This document shows, in pieces, positions 55,736 through 64,000 of a stretch of DNA of 64,000 nt; within the stretch, counting starts at the first letter, position 1, and each line of letters opens with the position of its first letter. The position numbers were made by a program, and so were the translations under genes. The stretch is from a virus. A model generated the notes under the pieces. That model was not told the DNA's origin, did no database searches, and saw only the letters and a list, made by a program, of their open reading frames with translations. The DNA lies in IMG/VR virus record IMGVR_UViG_3300010883_025067, positions 11,870 to 75,869 of that record; one strand, 5' to 3'.

Positions 55736-56959
55736 ATGGTAGCAGAAATTTTAAATCAAATCAAAGATACACAGGGATCAAATGCAAAGAAAGCTCTGCT
55801 TGAGAGTCACAGAGATAATGATCTGTTGAAGAAAGTTCTCAAGTATGGGCTTGATTCGTTTACGCCTTTCAATATCGTCAAGGTACCAAAAGTAAAGACA
55901 AGACTGGAGTTTCCTCTTTCCGAAGAGGCCGGCTGGAATGAGTTTTTTACAGTTTTGGATGAGTGTGCTTCTAGAACAGTGACAGGAAACGCTGCGATAG
56001 ATCGAGTTTATACATGCTTTTCTAGTGTTCAAGAAGAGGACGAAGCATGGATGAGAAAGGTGCTTAAGAAACACCTTGCAATAGGTGCATCAATCAAGAC
56101 AGTGAATAAGGTTTTTCGCGGCCTCGTTCCTACATTTGATGTTTCTCTTGCACAAAAGTTTGATGAGAAGCGACTGGCTGGAAAGAAAACTGTAGCAGTT
56201 GAGCCAAAGCTTGATGGAATAAGATGCTTCGCCGTTGTTCGGAATGGTAATGCACAACTCTTCGCAAGGTCAGGAAAACTGCTAACGAACTTTGATTTGA
56301 CAATCGGAAAGGAACTGTCTAAGCTGGGTGATGGGTGCTATGATGGTGAGTTGATGGGAGAGGATTTCATATCTCTAATGAGACAAGCGTATAGGAAGGA
56401 TGATGTAGATACATCAAAGACATACCTGTCGTTATTTGACTTACTTCCAATTGATGAATGGCTAGCTGGTGAGACTGTTATGACTTGCAGAGACCGTGGA
56501 ACAGAGTTGAAAACCAGACTCAAAAGTGTTAATCACAAACACATCAGGATGATAACGCGTTGGGAGATTGATGCTGACAAGGAGAAGATCGAGATCCTTC
56601 ACAAGGTGTTCATGGACTCTGGTTACGAGGGAGCAATGGTAAAGGACTTAGATGCACCTTACAGATTCGGTCGCGGCTATGAGGTAATAAAGCTAAAGCA
56701 ATTTCATGATACTGATCTTGAGATAGAATCTCTGCAGGAAGGCACAGGTAAGCATGTCGGCAAGCTAGGATCAGTTGAGGTGACGTTCAATGGTGTGAAG
56801 GTAAGGGTTGGCTCGGGATTCTCAGATGAGTTGAGAGATGAGATCTGGTCAGATCCTGATGCATTTATTGGTCGTATTATTGAGATTCGTTATCAGGAGG
56901 TGACACCTGATGGTTCTCTTAGATTTCCCACGTTCGTCTGCTTTAGGAATGATCGTTGA
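55736..56959 (+). CDS. ATP-dependent DNA ligase
   Basis: EPKLDGIRC, YDGEL, FD, EGAMVK, KLK, VGSGFSD, LRFPTF; GGGAGG RBS before ATG 55736. Confidence 0.95.
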   Translation: MVAEILNQIKDTQGSNAKKALLESHRDNDLLKKVLKYGLDSFTPFNIVKVPKVKTRLEFPLSEEAGWNEFFTVLDECASRTVTGNAAIDRVYTCFSSVQEEDEAWMRKVLKKHLAIGASIKTVNKVFRGLVPTFDVSLAQKFDEKRLAGKKTVAVEPKLDGIRCFAVVRNGNAQLFARSGKLLTNFDLTIGKELSKLGDGCYDGELMGEDFISLMRQAYRKDDVDTSKTYLSLFDLLPIDEWLAGETVMTCRDRGTELKTRLKSVNHKHIRMITRWEIDADKEKIEILHKVFMDSGYEGAMVKDLDAPYRFGRGYEVIKLKQFHDTDLEIESLQEGTGKHVGKLGSVEVTFNGVKVRVGSGFSDELRDEIWSDPDAFIGRIIEIRYQEVTPDGSLRFPTFVCFRNDR

Positions 56960-57163
56960 AGTTAAGCAGTGATGCTATCAATCAGTTGCTTCGTATCATT
57001 AGTGAAGTTGATGAACCATGGTGGCCACAAGGACCGAGTGAGATGCTAAAGGAAAGACTTGAAAGTCAGAGTTTTGTGAAGAGAGATGGAAAACTCTACA
57101 TCAAGGTTAAGAAAGAAAAGTAAACGTTCGTTCCTCTCGCATTATAATTTTTTTGAGGTATGT

Positions 57164-57445
57164 ATGCGTTTAGCTATTGAGATCTTTGCAATGCTTTTCA
57201 TATTATCATTTTATGATGTAGCTGCTCAGGATTTACCTGAATCTGATGAATCGTCACAGGACAGGAAAATTGTGTATAAACAGAGAACAGAAATTGATTT
57301 TGAGGGAATTGAGATTGAAGGGCAGCTTGTAAAGCCACAGGGCTCGTTGATAATAGATCGCAGAGTCGGAACCTTTAATCCTCTTATTAGATTACGAACA
57401 GACTTTGACGAGGAAATAAAATCATCCGTAAATAGCGTAAAGTGA
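57164..57445 (+). CDS. CglF/GltF-like adventurous-gliding motility protein homolog
   Basis: Signal peptide (VAA/Q) then VYKQRTEIDFEGIEIEGQLVKPQG...FNPLIRLRTDF..EI..S, the pattern I recall for myxobacterial CglF. Confidence 0.72.
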   Translation: MRLAIEIFAMLFILSFYDVAAQDLPESDESSQDRKIVYKQRTEIDFEGIEIEGQLVKPQGSLIIDRRVGTFNPLIRLRTDFDEEIKSSVNSVK

Positions 57446-57657
57446 AGACGGGTGACCTTGTCATACTGCGTCGACCCTCGCACAAGTATGACAATAAGAA
57501 TTTAACTGGGATTATAGTGGAAGTGTTTGGTGCATTTAATGTAGCATCAACATCAATTAGAAATGAATCACACAGCCCTGTGTATAAAGTTATGACATCC
57601 GAAGGCAATGTAGAAGTATTCCTAAGTGAATGTGTCATACCGCTTCGAAAGAATTGA
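57442..57657 (+). CDS. Small SH3/KOW-like protein
   Basis: MKTGDLVIL...TGIIVEV...YKVM. Confidence 0.6.
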   Translation: MKTGDLVILRRPSHKYDNKNLTGIIVEVFGAFNVASTSIRNESHSPVYKVMTSEGNVEVFLSECVIPLRKN

Positions 57658-57677
57658 ATTAAATAAGATAAGTAATT

Positions 57678-57869
57678 TTGATGGCCAAATCACACAAAGC
57701 TGCATATGAAGTTAGAAAGACGGATAAGCCTCGTCCGTGGGGTATTTTTATCTCTGGAACCGAGTTTTGTATCGGCACTTCATTTTCTGAGGAGACTGCA
57801 TCTCTTTATGTGGATAGACTAAATAATCCCCTCATAACAACTGAAGAACAGATAAGGGAAAGCAAATGA
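57678..57869 (+). CDS. Hypothetical protein
   Basis: 63-aa ORF. Confidence 0.5.
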   Translation: MMAKSHKAAYEVRKTDKPRPWGIFISGTEFCIGTSFSEETASLYVDRLNNPLITTEEQIRESK

Positions 57870-58060
57870 ACTGGAAAACACATCTACCGTTAGTGCTTAG
57901 CACACTTGCACTTTGTGTTGCTGCCTTTGCTCATCATGATGCAAATCTCAGAATTGATGACAGTGAAGCTAGCCTTAAAGAGATAAGAGAAAATATGGAT
58001 GATCACCATCATCGCTCACCCAGGCATCCACCTATCAGGATTCAGGGAGAGTGTAAATGA
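57866..58060 (+). CDS. Small secreted/membrane protein
   Basis: Hydrophobic N-terminus with AFA; ATGA overlap. Confidence 0.5.
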   Translation: MNWKTHLPLVLSTLALCVAAFAHHDANLRIDDSEASLKEIRENMDDHHHRSPRHPPIRIQGECK

Positions 58061-58138
58061 TAAATCACTGATATAAATTTATGCAAGCCCCTTTCCTGTT
58101 TGCTTCCAGTGTCTAGATAATTAGAATAGGAGGTAGTC

Positions 58139-58408
58139 ATGCAGGATAATAGTATTGTATTTCTTGAGGAGTTGCTTGAGGATTCTGAGGTAATTGAGGC
58201 ATTGAATTCACCAACACACATGATCAGCGGATCAGGATGGGGATGGTATCTAGATCCTGATGTTAATCAGATGGTGAAAACACGGAGAGGAACTGAGGTT
58301 GTTCCAGTTCCAAAAACTATGGATGAACATGATAGAATTCTTGTCCGCTTGTCCTACAGATATCTTCTGATTCCGGTTGCGGAGGTTGAGGTCGTTGGCT
58401 GGAACTAG
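58139..58408 (+). CDS. Hypothetical protein
   Basis: AGGAGG RBS, ATAATTA upstream. Confidence 0.65.
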   Translation: MQDNSIVFLEELLEDSEVIEALNSPTHMISGSGWGWYLDPDVNQMVKTRRGTEVVPVPKTMDEHDRILVRLSYRYLLIPVAEVEVVGWN

Positions 58409-58658
58409 CCCATCGGAATTGAGTGGTTTCGAAATAGGACAGAATGTCTGGTGCATTCGTACTGACGGTGTGATTGCTTACGGAAAGATTATACAGTTTT
58501 ATCCAATTAATAATGAAGGGCCAGCTGTGAGTGTGGTTGATGAGATCACAGGAGCCTACCGTGTTGTACTACTAGATACTGTGACGCTAGAACCTCCCAA
58601 AGGAGGCAAGAGTCGCCTATCTCGCAGCAAGGTGCAACACGTGCAAAAAAAGAAATAG
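58377..58658 (+). CDS. Small SH3-like protein
   Basis: FEIGQNVW...YGKII; start uncertain. Confidence 0.5.
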   Translation: MRRLRSLAGTSPSELSGFEIGQNVWCIRTDGVIAYGKIIQFYPINNEGPAVSVVDEITGAYRVVLLDTVTLEPPKGGKSRLSRSKVQHVQKKK

Positions 58659-58669
58659 AGTGGTATGAT
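58641..58669 (+). promoter_or_regulatory. Class-1 promoter
   Basis: gtgcaa-N17-tatgat. Confidence 0.75.
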
Positions 58670-58691
58670 GTAGTCATAAGGAGGTTGCAAT

Positions 58692-58838
58692 ATGCAAACC
58701 TGGAAAGCTACGGTAAAAACACCCTGGGGAGATGTTGAAGTTAAGGTGCAGGCACCCAATCAACATGCAGCCCTTCATATCATTCGTGGAATGTATCCCG
58801 ATTGTCTGATCATCGGAAATTACGCAGGGCTGTGCTAA
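58692..58838 (+). CDS. Small hypothetical protein (not in ORF track)
   Basis: AAGGAGG RBS, class-1 promoter, MQTWKATVKTPWG..., 48 aa. Confidence 0.65.
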   Translation: MQTWKATVKTPWGDVEVKVQAPNQHAALHIIRGMYPDCLIIGNYAGLC

Positions 58839-59201
58839 ATGTCAAGATATGATATTATTGTAACTGAGCTTGTTAGGACAGGCAGCGATGATCTTTTCTG
58901 GAGAGCTGTTGGAACATGCAATGGTCGAAGCTTCGATGCTAAGAGCATTCTCTACCAGGGTTCACCAATTTTTAAGATCGTCAATGCTGGTCCCATTTCG
59001 AAAAGCTCATGGGGCCGCGGCGAGAGATCTGCTGTGGCTAGTGCGTGTAGACACAAGATGCTATCAGAAACTGGCCAGCTTCCTGTGACCCAGCGTCGAC
59101 AAAAGACCGCTCGTCGCAAACGACGTGACCCGAACGTAAAATATCACCACAGCGGATGGCCGATGAATTCTTCTATCTCAGCTCTAAAAAGAAGTCGATA
59201 G
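58839..59201 (+). CDS. Hypothetical basic protein
   Basis: Abuts previous stop. Confidence 0.55.
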   Translation: MSRYDIIVTELVRTGSDDLFWRAVGTCNGRSFDAKSILYQGSPIFKIVNAGPISKSSWGRGERSAVASACRHKMLSETGQLPVTQRRQKTARRKRRDPNVKYHHSGWPMNSSISALKRSR

Positions 59202-59265
59202 ATCTTTAAACACATAAAGTGAATGTGGTTATACTTGCTTCTTTTACGATGTGTGTGGAGATAAA

Positions 59266-59517
59266 ATGAAATTTGAATTGCTTTGTGTGGGAGCATTTAT
59301 GCTAGGCACTGTTGACTATGTTGATTTGGGAAACAGTGTGGCTAGAGTTGAAATACTAACTGCATGTGAGAAAGCAGAGTGTGTGGCTGGATCTCATATT
59401 GCTACTGAGCTTTTTCCTCTTATTCTTTTTCCCTGTGAAATTGAAGAAGGTGACATGTTTTACTTTGAGTATGCTGATGGAGTGACCGAGATCCGATGCG
59501 GCGAGCCGCCAGATTGA
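59266..59517 (+). CDS. Hypothetical protein
   Basis: GGAG RBS; FPCEIEEGD motif. Confidence 0.55.
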   Translation: MKFELLCVGAFMLGTVDYVDLGNSVARVEILTACEKAECVAGSHIATELFPLILFPCEIEEGDMFYFEYADGVTEIRCGEPPD

Positions 59518-59541
59518 ATTAGAGTAATGGAGATCTAACAG

Positions 59542-59772
59542 TTGAGTGGGTATCCTGATTGGTACAATTCGGTGAAAGTCGGTGATGTTGTACGTCATGT
59601 TCCGGAGAAGTCTGATAATGCATTGCTCTATGAGATTGAAGGAATCGGACCAGATTTCAAGGCAGGTCTTGTTATCGAGGTTCTGAGTGCTTCATGTAAG
59701 GTTTTTGCTAATGGAAGCAGAGCAATGTGGTATCAACATGATGAACTTGAACTTATTCAAAGAATTGAGTAA
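59542..59772 (+). CDS. Small SH3/KOW-like protein
   Basis: VKVGDVVRH...AGLVIEV...ELELI. Confidence 0.6.
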   Translation: MSGYPDWYNSVKVGDVVRHVPEKSDNALLYEIEGIGPDFKAGLVIEVLSASCKVFANGSRAMWYQHDELELIQRIE

Positions 59773-59785
59773 AATAATAAGTTTT

Positions 59786-59861
<76 letters not shown>

Positions 59862-59868
59862 TCTTGCT

Positions 59869-60435
59869 ATGAACATATTTGTATTAAATACTGACCCGAG
59901 GCTTGCAGCAAAAGATCACTGCGATAAGCATGTATGCAAGATGATACTCGAAGCAGGACAGATGTTGTGCACAGCACACTGGATTGGCTGGCTTAACATC
60001 TTTGGAAAGTCTCTTCTTGACTTCGAAACCCACAAAGAAGCTAAGCTCTGGCTTAGCGAAAATATACCAGAGAAACATCGCCCGCCGTGGTTGATGACAC
60101 ATGTCAACCATCCTTGCAGTATCTGGACTAGAGAGTCGCTATCAAACTATAGATGGCATGCCGATCTTGGAATAAATTTATGTGCTGAATATTCGAGACG
60201 ATATCATAAGATTCATAAAGGATTCAGGGTTCACATGTGGCTTCATCAGAATATGCCACCCAGCGTCGAAGATATCGGTCTGACCAATTTCAAGGTATGC
60301 ATGGATGAGTCATACAAGATAAGCACAGATCCTGTCCAGTGTTACAGAGAGTACTATCGTCGCGACAAAGTGAGATTCGCAAAGTGGAAAAACGGGCCTG
60401 CACCAGAATGGTTCAAGATATCTAACACTTATTGA
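59869..60435 (+). CDS. Pyrimidine-dimer DNA glycosylase / endonuclease V family protein
   Basis: MNIFVL...DKHVCKMILE.QML.TAH...HVNHPCSIW...EY..RY...YREYY...K. Confidence 0.82.
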   Translation: MNIFVLNTDPRLAAKDHCDKHVCKMILEAGQMLCTAHWIGWLNIFGKSLLDFETHKEAKLWLSENIPEKHRPPWLMTHVNHPCSIWTRESLSNYRWHADLGINLCAEYSRRYHKIHKGFRVHMWLHQNMPPSVEDIGLTNFKVCMDESYKISTDPVQCYREYYRRDKVRFAKWKNGPAPEWFKISNTY

Positions 60436-60491
60436 AACAAGTCTGACTTCGTGAGATATGATCTAATAATCTATCACACAAAGGAGTTAAA

Positions 60492-62405
60492 ATGGTTAGA
60501 TTTTGTTATTTACTCTTGTTGAGCTTTTCATGCGCAACAGGTGAAGATCCCATAGAGGATCTTGATTTTTATGAAGGACCTGTTCACGGACAGGTTGCTG
60601 GTGTTGTCACCACCCTAGAAGGTGATCCAGTTGAGGGTGTTGATGTATCAATTGACGGATACACAATTGTCAGCACAGATGCTAATGGAGCATTTGTGTT
60701 TGAAGATATTGAGCCCGCAGATAAACTAGTTGTGGAATATTCGAAGAGAGGCTTTGCAAAGAATTATGCAATGGTATCTCTTAATTCCTGGGAAACTGTA
60801 AGTGCGAATTCAACATTACTTGAAATTGATGGATCAGATACTTTCATCGGAGCAGATGGCGGCTTGGTTGAGGTTGCCGGTGTCACTGCTAATTTTCCAG
60901 CTGATTCATTGATTGACTCGTGGGGAAGCACATATGGGGGTCAGGTCACAGCAGAGGTAACTTATGTTGATCCACATGAGGATTCAGTGTTAGGTACACC
61001 AGGTGATCTTTCTGCATTAGCATTTAAAGAAGATGGGGGCTCGTCTAGATTTGAACTAGTTCAACTAGTCTCATATGGGATGGTTGACATCACTCTGTAT
61101 GCTGATGATGATAAGCTTCTCACACTAGCAGATGATGTGAGTGTTCCGGTTTCTCTACCAATTTCAAATGGTCAGTTGCCTGATAATGTTTCCCTAACAG
61201 GAGGCGATGCTCCACCTGCTTGGTCGTTTAGTGCCAGTGAAGGTAGGTGGGTTCAAGAATCACAGGGTTCGGTCGTGTCAACAGCTGCGGGATTGCGCTT
61301 TGAGTTTGATGCTTCTCACTTTTCATGGTGGAATTGTGATCAGGGATTTGTTCCGACATGCGCAACAGGTCGTGTTGTCGATGTCATCGGCTTTCCTGTT
61401 AGAGGTGCTTCTGTGAGATGTGCTGGAGGCCAGACAACATCTGTTGTGGTCTCAGATGACGATGGCTATTATAGCTGTAGTGTGCTGGCGGGTGATAGTG
61501 TGACTGTGATAGGTTCTACCTTTGTCGGTAATCGAAACTGGTCAAAATCAGAAGGTGAATTCTTTATCAATGGCTCAACATCATCTGCAAGTGAGTGCCA
61601 ACCTTTGCCAGATATTCAGATTGATGTGTGCAGGGTAACTGGTGCAGTAGCTGTAGATAATTTGTCATCGGTTGTCAAAGATAATGAGAGTAGGGATGCA
61701 GATCACATGTCAGCTCTATTCTGGTATCCACCTGGTCCTCCTGAGTTTTGCGAAGATCCGTGGGAAGCTCTGTCTCCAGGTGATTGCTGGACAGGTGATA
61801 GCGAGGAGATCACGGGTAACTTTCCTGAAAGCGCAGTGCCGGGAATTCCTGAGAATTCCAGATCTGCAGGTAGCTGGATTGAAATCGCAGCAGGTGAGTC
61901 CTATCGTATTGACGAGAAGACAGTCAGTGGCAAACCGTATTATGCTTGGAACAGTATGAGTCTAGAAGGTGATAGTCTTGCAACTGATCGACCTGATGTT
62001 CATGAAGGTGATCTACTTGATATTTTTGCTCAAGGTAGCTTTAGCAGTTACTTCGGTCCTTGGCAGAATTATGGATTCGCTACAATTCCTACACAGACGA
62101 TGTTTGTAAGCACAGAGGCTAGCAGCTGGAATGTCGGGTCGAGTTTGACACAGAGCTATACTGGTAATGATGACGACACTGTTGTTGTTTTCGGTGCTTT
62201 ACCAGAAGGACAGCTACTGATGTGCAGGTTTGATGATGACGGCAGTTTCACGCTTAGATCATCACTATTAGATGGTGTGAGTGAAGGGGTAGCAGGATTG
62301 GGTGTCTATCATCTTGATGTGGATATCACAGCCGGTCCTGATGGTCTTCCAATTAGATCAGTCATAACTTCAGGTCATACTAAATCTGTTATAATTAATC
62401 GATAG
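60492..62405 (+). CDS. Large lipoprotein with carboxypeptidase-regulatory-like (beta-sandwich) repeats
   Basis: SFSC lipobox-like; GVVTTLEGDPVEGVDV...TDANGAF; HFSWWNCD; GRVVDVIGFPVRGASV. Confidence 0.75.
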   Translation: MVRFCYLLLLSFSCATGEDPIEDLDFYEGPVHGQVAGVVTTLEGDPVEGVDVSIDGYTIVSTDANGAFVFEDIEPADKLVVEYSKRGFAKNYAMVSLNSWETVSANSTLLEIDGSDTFIGADGGLVEVAGVTANFPADSLIDSWGSTYGGQVTAEVTYVDPHEDSVLGTPGDLSALAFKEDGGSSRFELVQLVSYGMVDITLYADDDKLLTLADDVSVPVSLPISNGQLPDNVSLTGGDAPPAWSFSASEGRWVQESQGSVVSTAAGLRFEFDASHFSWWNCDQGFVPTCATGRVVDVIGFPVRGASVRCAGGQTTSVVVSDDDGYYSCSVLAGDSVTVIGSTFVGNRNWSKSEGEFFINGSTSSASECQPLPDIQIDVCRVTGAVAVDNLSSVVKDNESRDADHMSALFWYPPGPPEFCEDPWEALSPGDCWTGDSEEITGNFPESAVPGIPENSRSAGSWIEIAAGESYRIDEKTVSGKPYYAWNSMSLEGDSLATDRPDVHEGDLLDIFAQGSFSSYFGPWQNYGFATIPTQTMFVSTEASSWNVGSSLTQSYTGNDDDTVVVFGALPEGQLLMCRFDDDGSFTLRSSLLDGVSEGVAGLGVYHLDVDITAGPDGLPIRSVITSGHTKSVIINR

Positions 62406-62440
62406 TGAGATGCCTCAATGAGGCCTCGCTAACTCTAAAC

Positions 62441-62499
62441 ATGCCAGACAGGGGGTATACTTAATTCCAGATTATCTGGAGATATCCCCTGTCTGGCAT
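62441..62499 (+). promoter_or_regulatory. Nested RNA hairpin covering the RBS and start codon of the downstream gene
   Basis: atgccagacagggggtat / atatcccctgtctggcat outer stem; tccaga-tta-tctgga inner stem. Confidence 0.7.
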
Positions 62500-62716
62500 T
62501 GATTTTAATGAGGAAGATCATTATTTTTCTCCAGGTGATCTGGTGAAACATAAATCATATTCACAGTCACACGGTCTTATTCTAAGCATTGGAAAGTGGT
62601 CAGGCAGTGAAGAGGTTCCGATATTCGTAGCCAGGGTGATGTGGGAAAATGGTAAAATATTTGAAGAGATCTTTCATGTTCTCGAACTAATAGCAGGGGT
62701 CACTGAGATCACATGA
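62489..62716 (+). CDS. Small SH3/KOW-like protein with probable CTG start (not in ORF track)
   Basis: Open frame FSPGDLVKH...HGLIL...ARVMWENG...LELI; GGAG 7 nt before CTG; stop overlaps next ATG (ATGA). Confidence 0.6.
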   Translation: MSGIDFNEEDHYFSPGDLVKHKSYSQSHGLILSIGKWSGSEEVPIFVARVMWENGKIFEEIFHVLELIAGVTEIT

Positions 62717-62913
62717 CTGAGGGGTATGACTCAGGAGATCTTGTCAGGCTTGACCTAACTGAAGATCAAGTGATCTCTGAGTATGAAATTGGAATGTATC
62801 ATGAGAAGGTCTGTCTCGTGCTTAGACTGCTACCCAACGATCGCTGTGCAGTGGTTCTAATGCCGGCCGGTCAAATCATGCAATTCTTAAGTAGCTCATT
62901 TCAACATGTGTAA
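62713..62913 (+). CDS. Small SH3/KOW-like protein
   Basis: YDSGDLVRL. Confidence 0.55.
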   Translation: MTEGYDSGDLVRLDLTEDQVISEYEIGMYHEKVCLVLRLLPNDRCAVVLMPAGQIMQFLSSSFQHV

Positions 62914-62936
62914 AATCTAATAATCGAGATTATAAT
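62908..62936 (+). promoter_or_regulatory. Class-1 promoter
   Basis: gtgtaa-N17-tataat. Confidence 0.78.
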
Positions 62937-62942
62937 AGACAC

Positions 62943-63128
62943 ATGAAAGTCGGTGACATGGTAAGAGTTCGATATCGGGACGATGACCACTGGTTCATTG
63001 GGATCATTATCGAAACTCCCTATGATGGGGAAGGTGTGATGTGGAAGATGTGGTGTGGTGCAAGAGAAACACAGCATATTTTGGCACCACACCTGGATGA
63101 GATCGAGGTGTTCAGTGAAACCCGGTGA
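62943..63128 (+). CDS. Small SH3/KOW-like protein
   Basis: MKVGDMVRV...IGIII; directly after a class-1 promoter. Confidence 0.65.
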   Translation: MKVGDMVRVRYRDDDHWFIGIIIETPYDGEGVMWKMWCGARETQHILAPHLDEIEVFSETR

Positions 63129-63303
63129 TTTGGTAATGAGCCTTCCCGGATATGTTCCAGCTGTTGGAATTGTCGTCCGCGTATTTGAGATTGATAGTCT
63201 TCCGGAACACTTGGCAGTCTTACCGATGGTGGAATTTATGACCCAGGATGGATTACGAACATGGAAGAGAAGAAAATTGAAGGTGATCAGTGAAAGTCGG
63301 TGA
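63115..63303 (+). CDS. Small SH3/KOW-like protein
   Basis: GAGG RBS, GTG start, KPGDLV...VGIVV...LKVISE. Confidence 0.55.
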   Translation: MKPGDLVMSLPGYVPAVGIVVRVFEIDSLPEHLAVLPMVEFMTQDGLRTWKRRKLKVISESR

Positions 63304-63556
63304 TTTGGTGAGAGTTCGTGACGCTTGGGAGCGTACCGCCACCGGGGAAACCCAGCCTCGAACCACTGATGAGGGGTGGGATGGACCCATGTTGCTCGTC
63401 GAAGAGTACCCACCCCCTGATCAAGGCATGTTTGTGGCATTGTGGGGTGGCCAATGTGTTGTTGTAAATGAGAAAGAGGGACTGACAGAGGTCGAGGTAA
63501 TCAGTGAAGCAATTGAACCTGCTTCTCTCATGCGTGCAATTAGACACAGCTTATAG
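63290..63556 (+). CDS. Small SH3/KOW-like protein
   Basis: MKVGDLVRV...VEVISE. Confidence 0.6.
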   Translation: MKVGDLVRVRDAWERTATGETQPRTTDEGWDGPMLLVEEYPPPDQGMFVALWGGQCVVVNEKEGLTEVEVISEAIEPASLMRAIRHSL

Positions 63557-63562
63557 TAAAAT
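63534..63562 (+). promoter_or_regulatory. Class-1 promoter
   Basis: gtgcaa-N17-taaaat. Confidence 0.75.
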
Positions 63563-63579
63563 ATAATCAAGGAGGTCAC

Positions 63580-63792
63580 ATGACTATTGGAATCCTGGTA
63601 ACAGAAGTTGAAACAGACCTAGAATGGTGCATGTTTCCCGGTCAAACAGGAGTGATTGTCGGCAACGCAGACGAGGAGATGGGTCTCCCGGGATGCGGAA
63701 GGTTTTGGACGGTTTGCTTTGGCCAAGAACTGGCGGTCTTCCTTGATGATGATTTGCAAGTATTGATGCGGCATCATAATGGCAACCTATGA
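63580..63792 (+). CDS. Small SH3/KOW-like protein
   Basis: AAGGAGG RBS; TGVIV...WTV...DDLQVL. Confidence 0.6.
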   Translation: MTIGILVTEVETDLEWCMFPGQTGVIVGNADEEMGLPGCGRFWTVCFGQELAVFLDDDLQVLMRHHNGNL

Positions 63793-64000
63793 AGCAACAG
63801 TTGGGATCGGTAATCTGGTTCGCATTCCAATGAGAGGGAATGAGATTTTTCTCGTTCTTGAAAGAAATATGGAACCATGGGATGCAGAGAGATTCGATAA
63901 CTCTTCTAAGTTTGCTGGCTGGAGGCTTCTGGAGATAGTAACAGGTAGGGTCGTCTTATCAACAGGTAGACATCTGGAGGTGTTCAGTGAATGTCGGTGA
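63779..64000 (+). CDS. Small SH3/KOW-like protein
   Basis: VGIGNLVRI...LEVFSE; stop at window end. Confidence 0.5.
   Translation: MATYEATVGIGNLVRIPMRGNEIFLVLERNMEPWDAERFDNSSKFAGWRLLEIVTGRVVLSTGRHLEVFSECR

Overview
This is a 64-kb segment of a large (jumbo/huge) dsDNA bacteriophage genome, not a cellular chromosome. It is gene-dense, almost all + strand, AT-leaning and uses the standard code. Replication and repair genes: DnaE C-terminus, ATP-dependent ligase, RadA-like ATPase, DinG helicase, DenV-like glycosylase. Nucleotide metabolism: a dNMP-kinase/thymidylate-synthase-fold fusion, Tdk, dCMP deaminase, IMPDH-family enzyme. Host-like information genes: sigma70, GreA, GroEL, TilS and 9 tRNAs. 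It also has a MoxR/vWA pair, many small KOW/SH3-like ORFs and a suite of secreted proteins and lipoproteins, including a CglF/GltF-like gliding protein that points to a Myxococcota/Bdellovibrionota-type host. Patterns the ORF list does not explain: (1) a recurring 'LRxxIREE...[IL]xE' helix/cleavage motif on about 15 proteins, which also separates four enzyme domains of a ~1430-aa polyprotein and suggests a virion-packaged, protease-released enzyme cargo; (2) two promoter classes read from the DNA, (C)RTGYAA-N17-TANNAT (about 19 copies) and ATANTTA (15 exact copies plus near-matches, mostly before the motif-bearing/structural genes); (3) a sigma70 lacking its -35 HTH, followed by an overlapping stand-alone HTH gene (candidate split sigma); (4) a TS-fold domain with the dCMP-type Asp, suggesting cytosine modification; (5) a hairpin hiding the RBS and CTG start of an unannotated gene, with the late motif inside it. 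All functional calls come from motif recognition by eye; no database searches were run.
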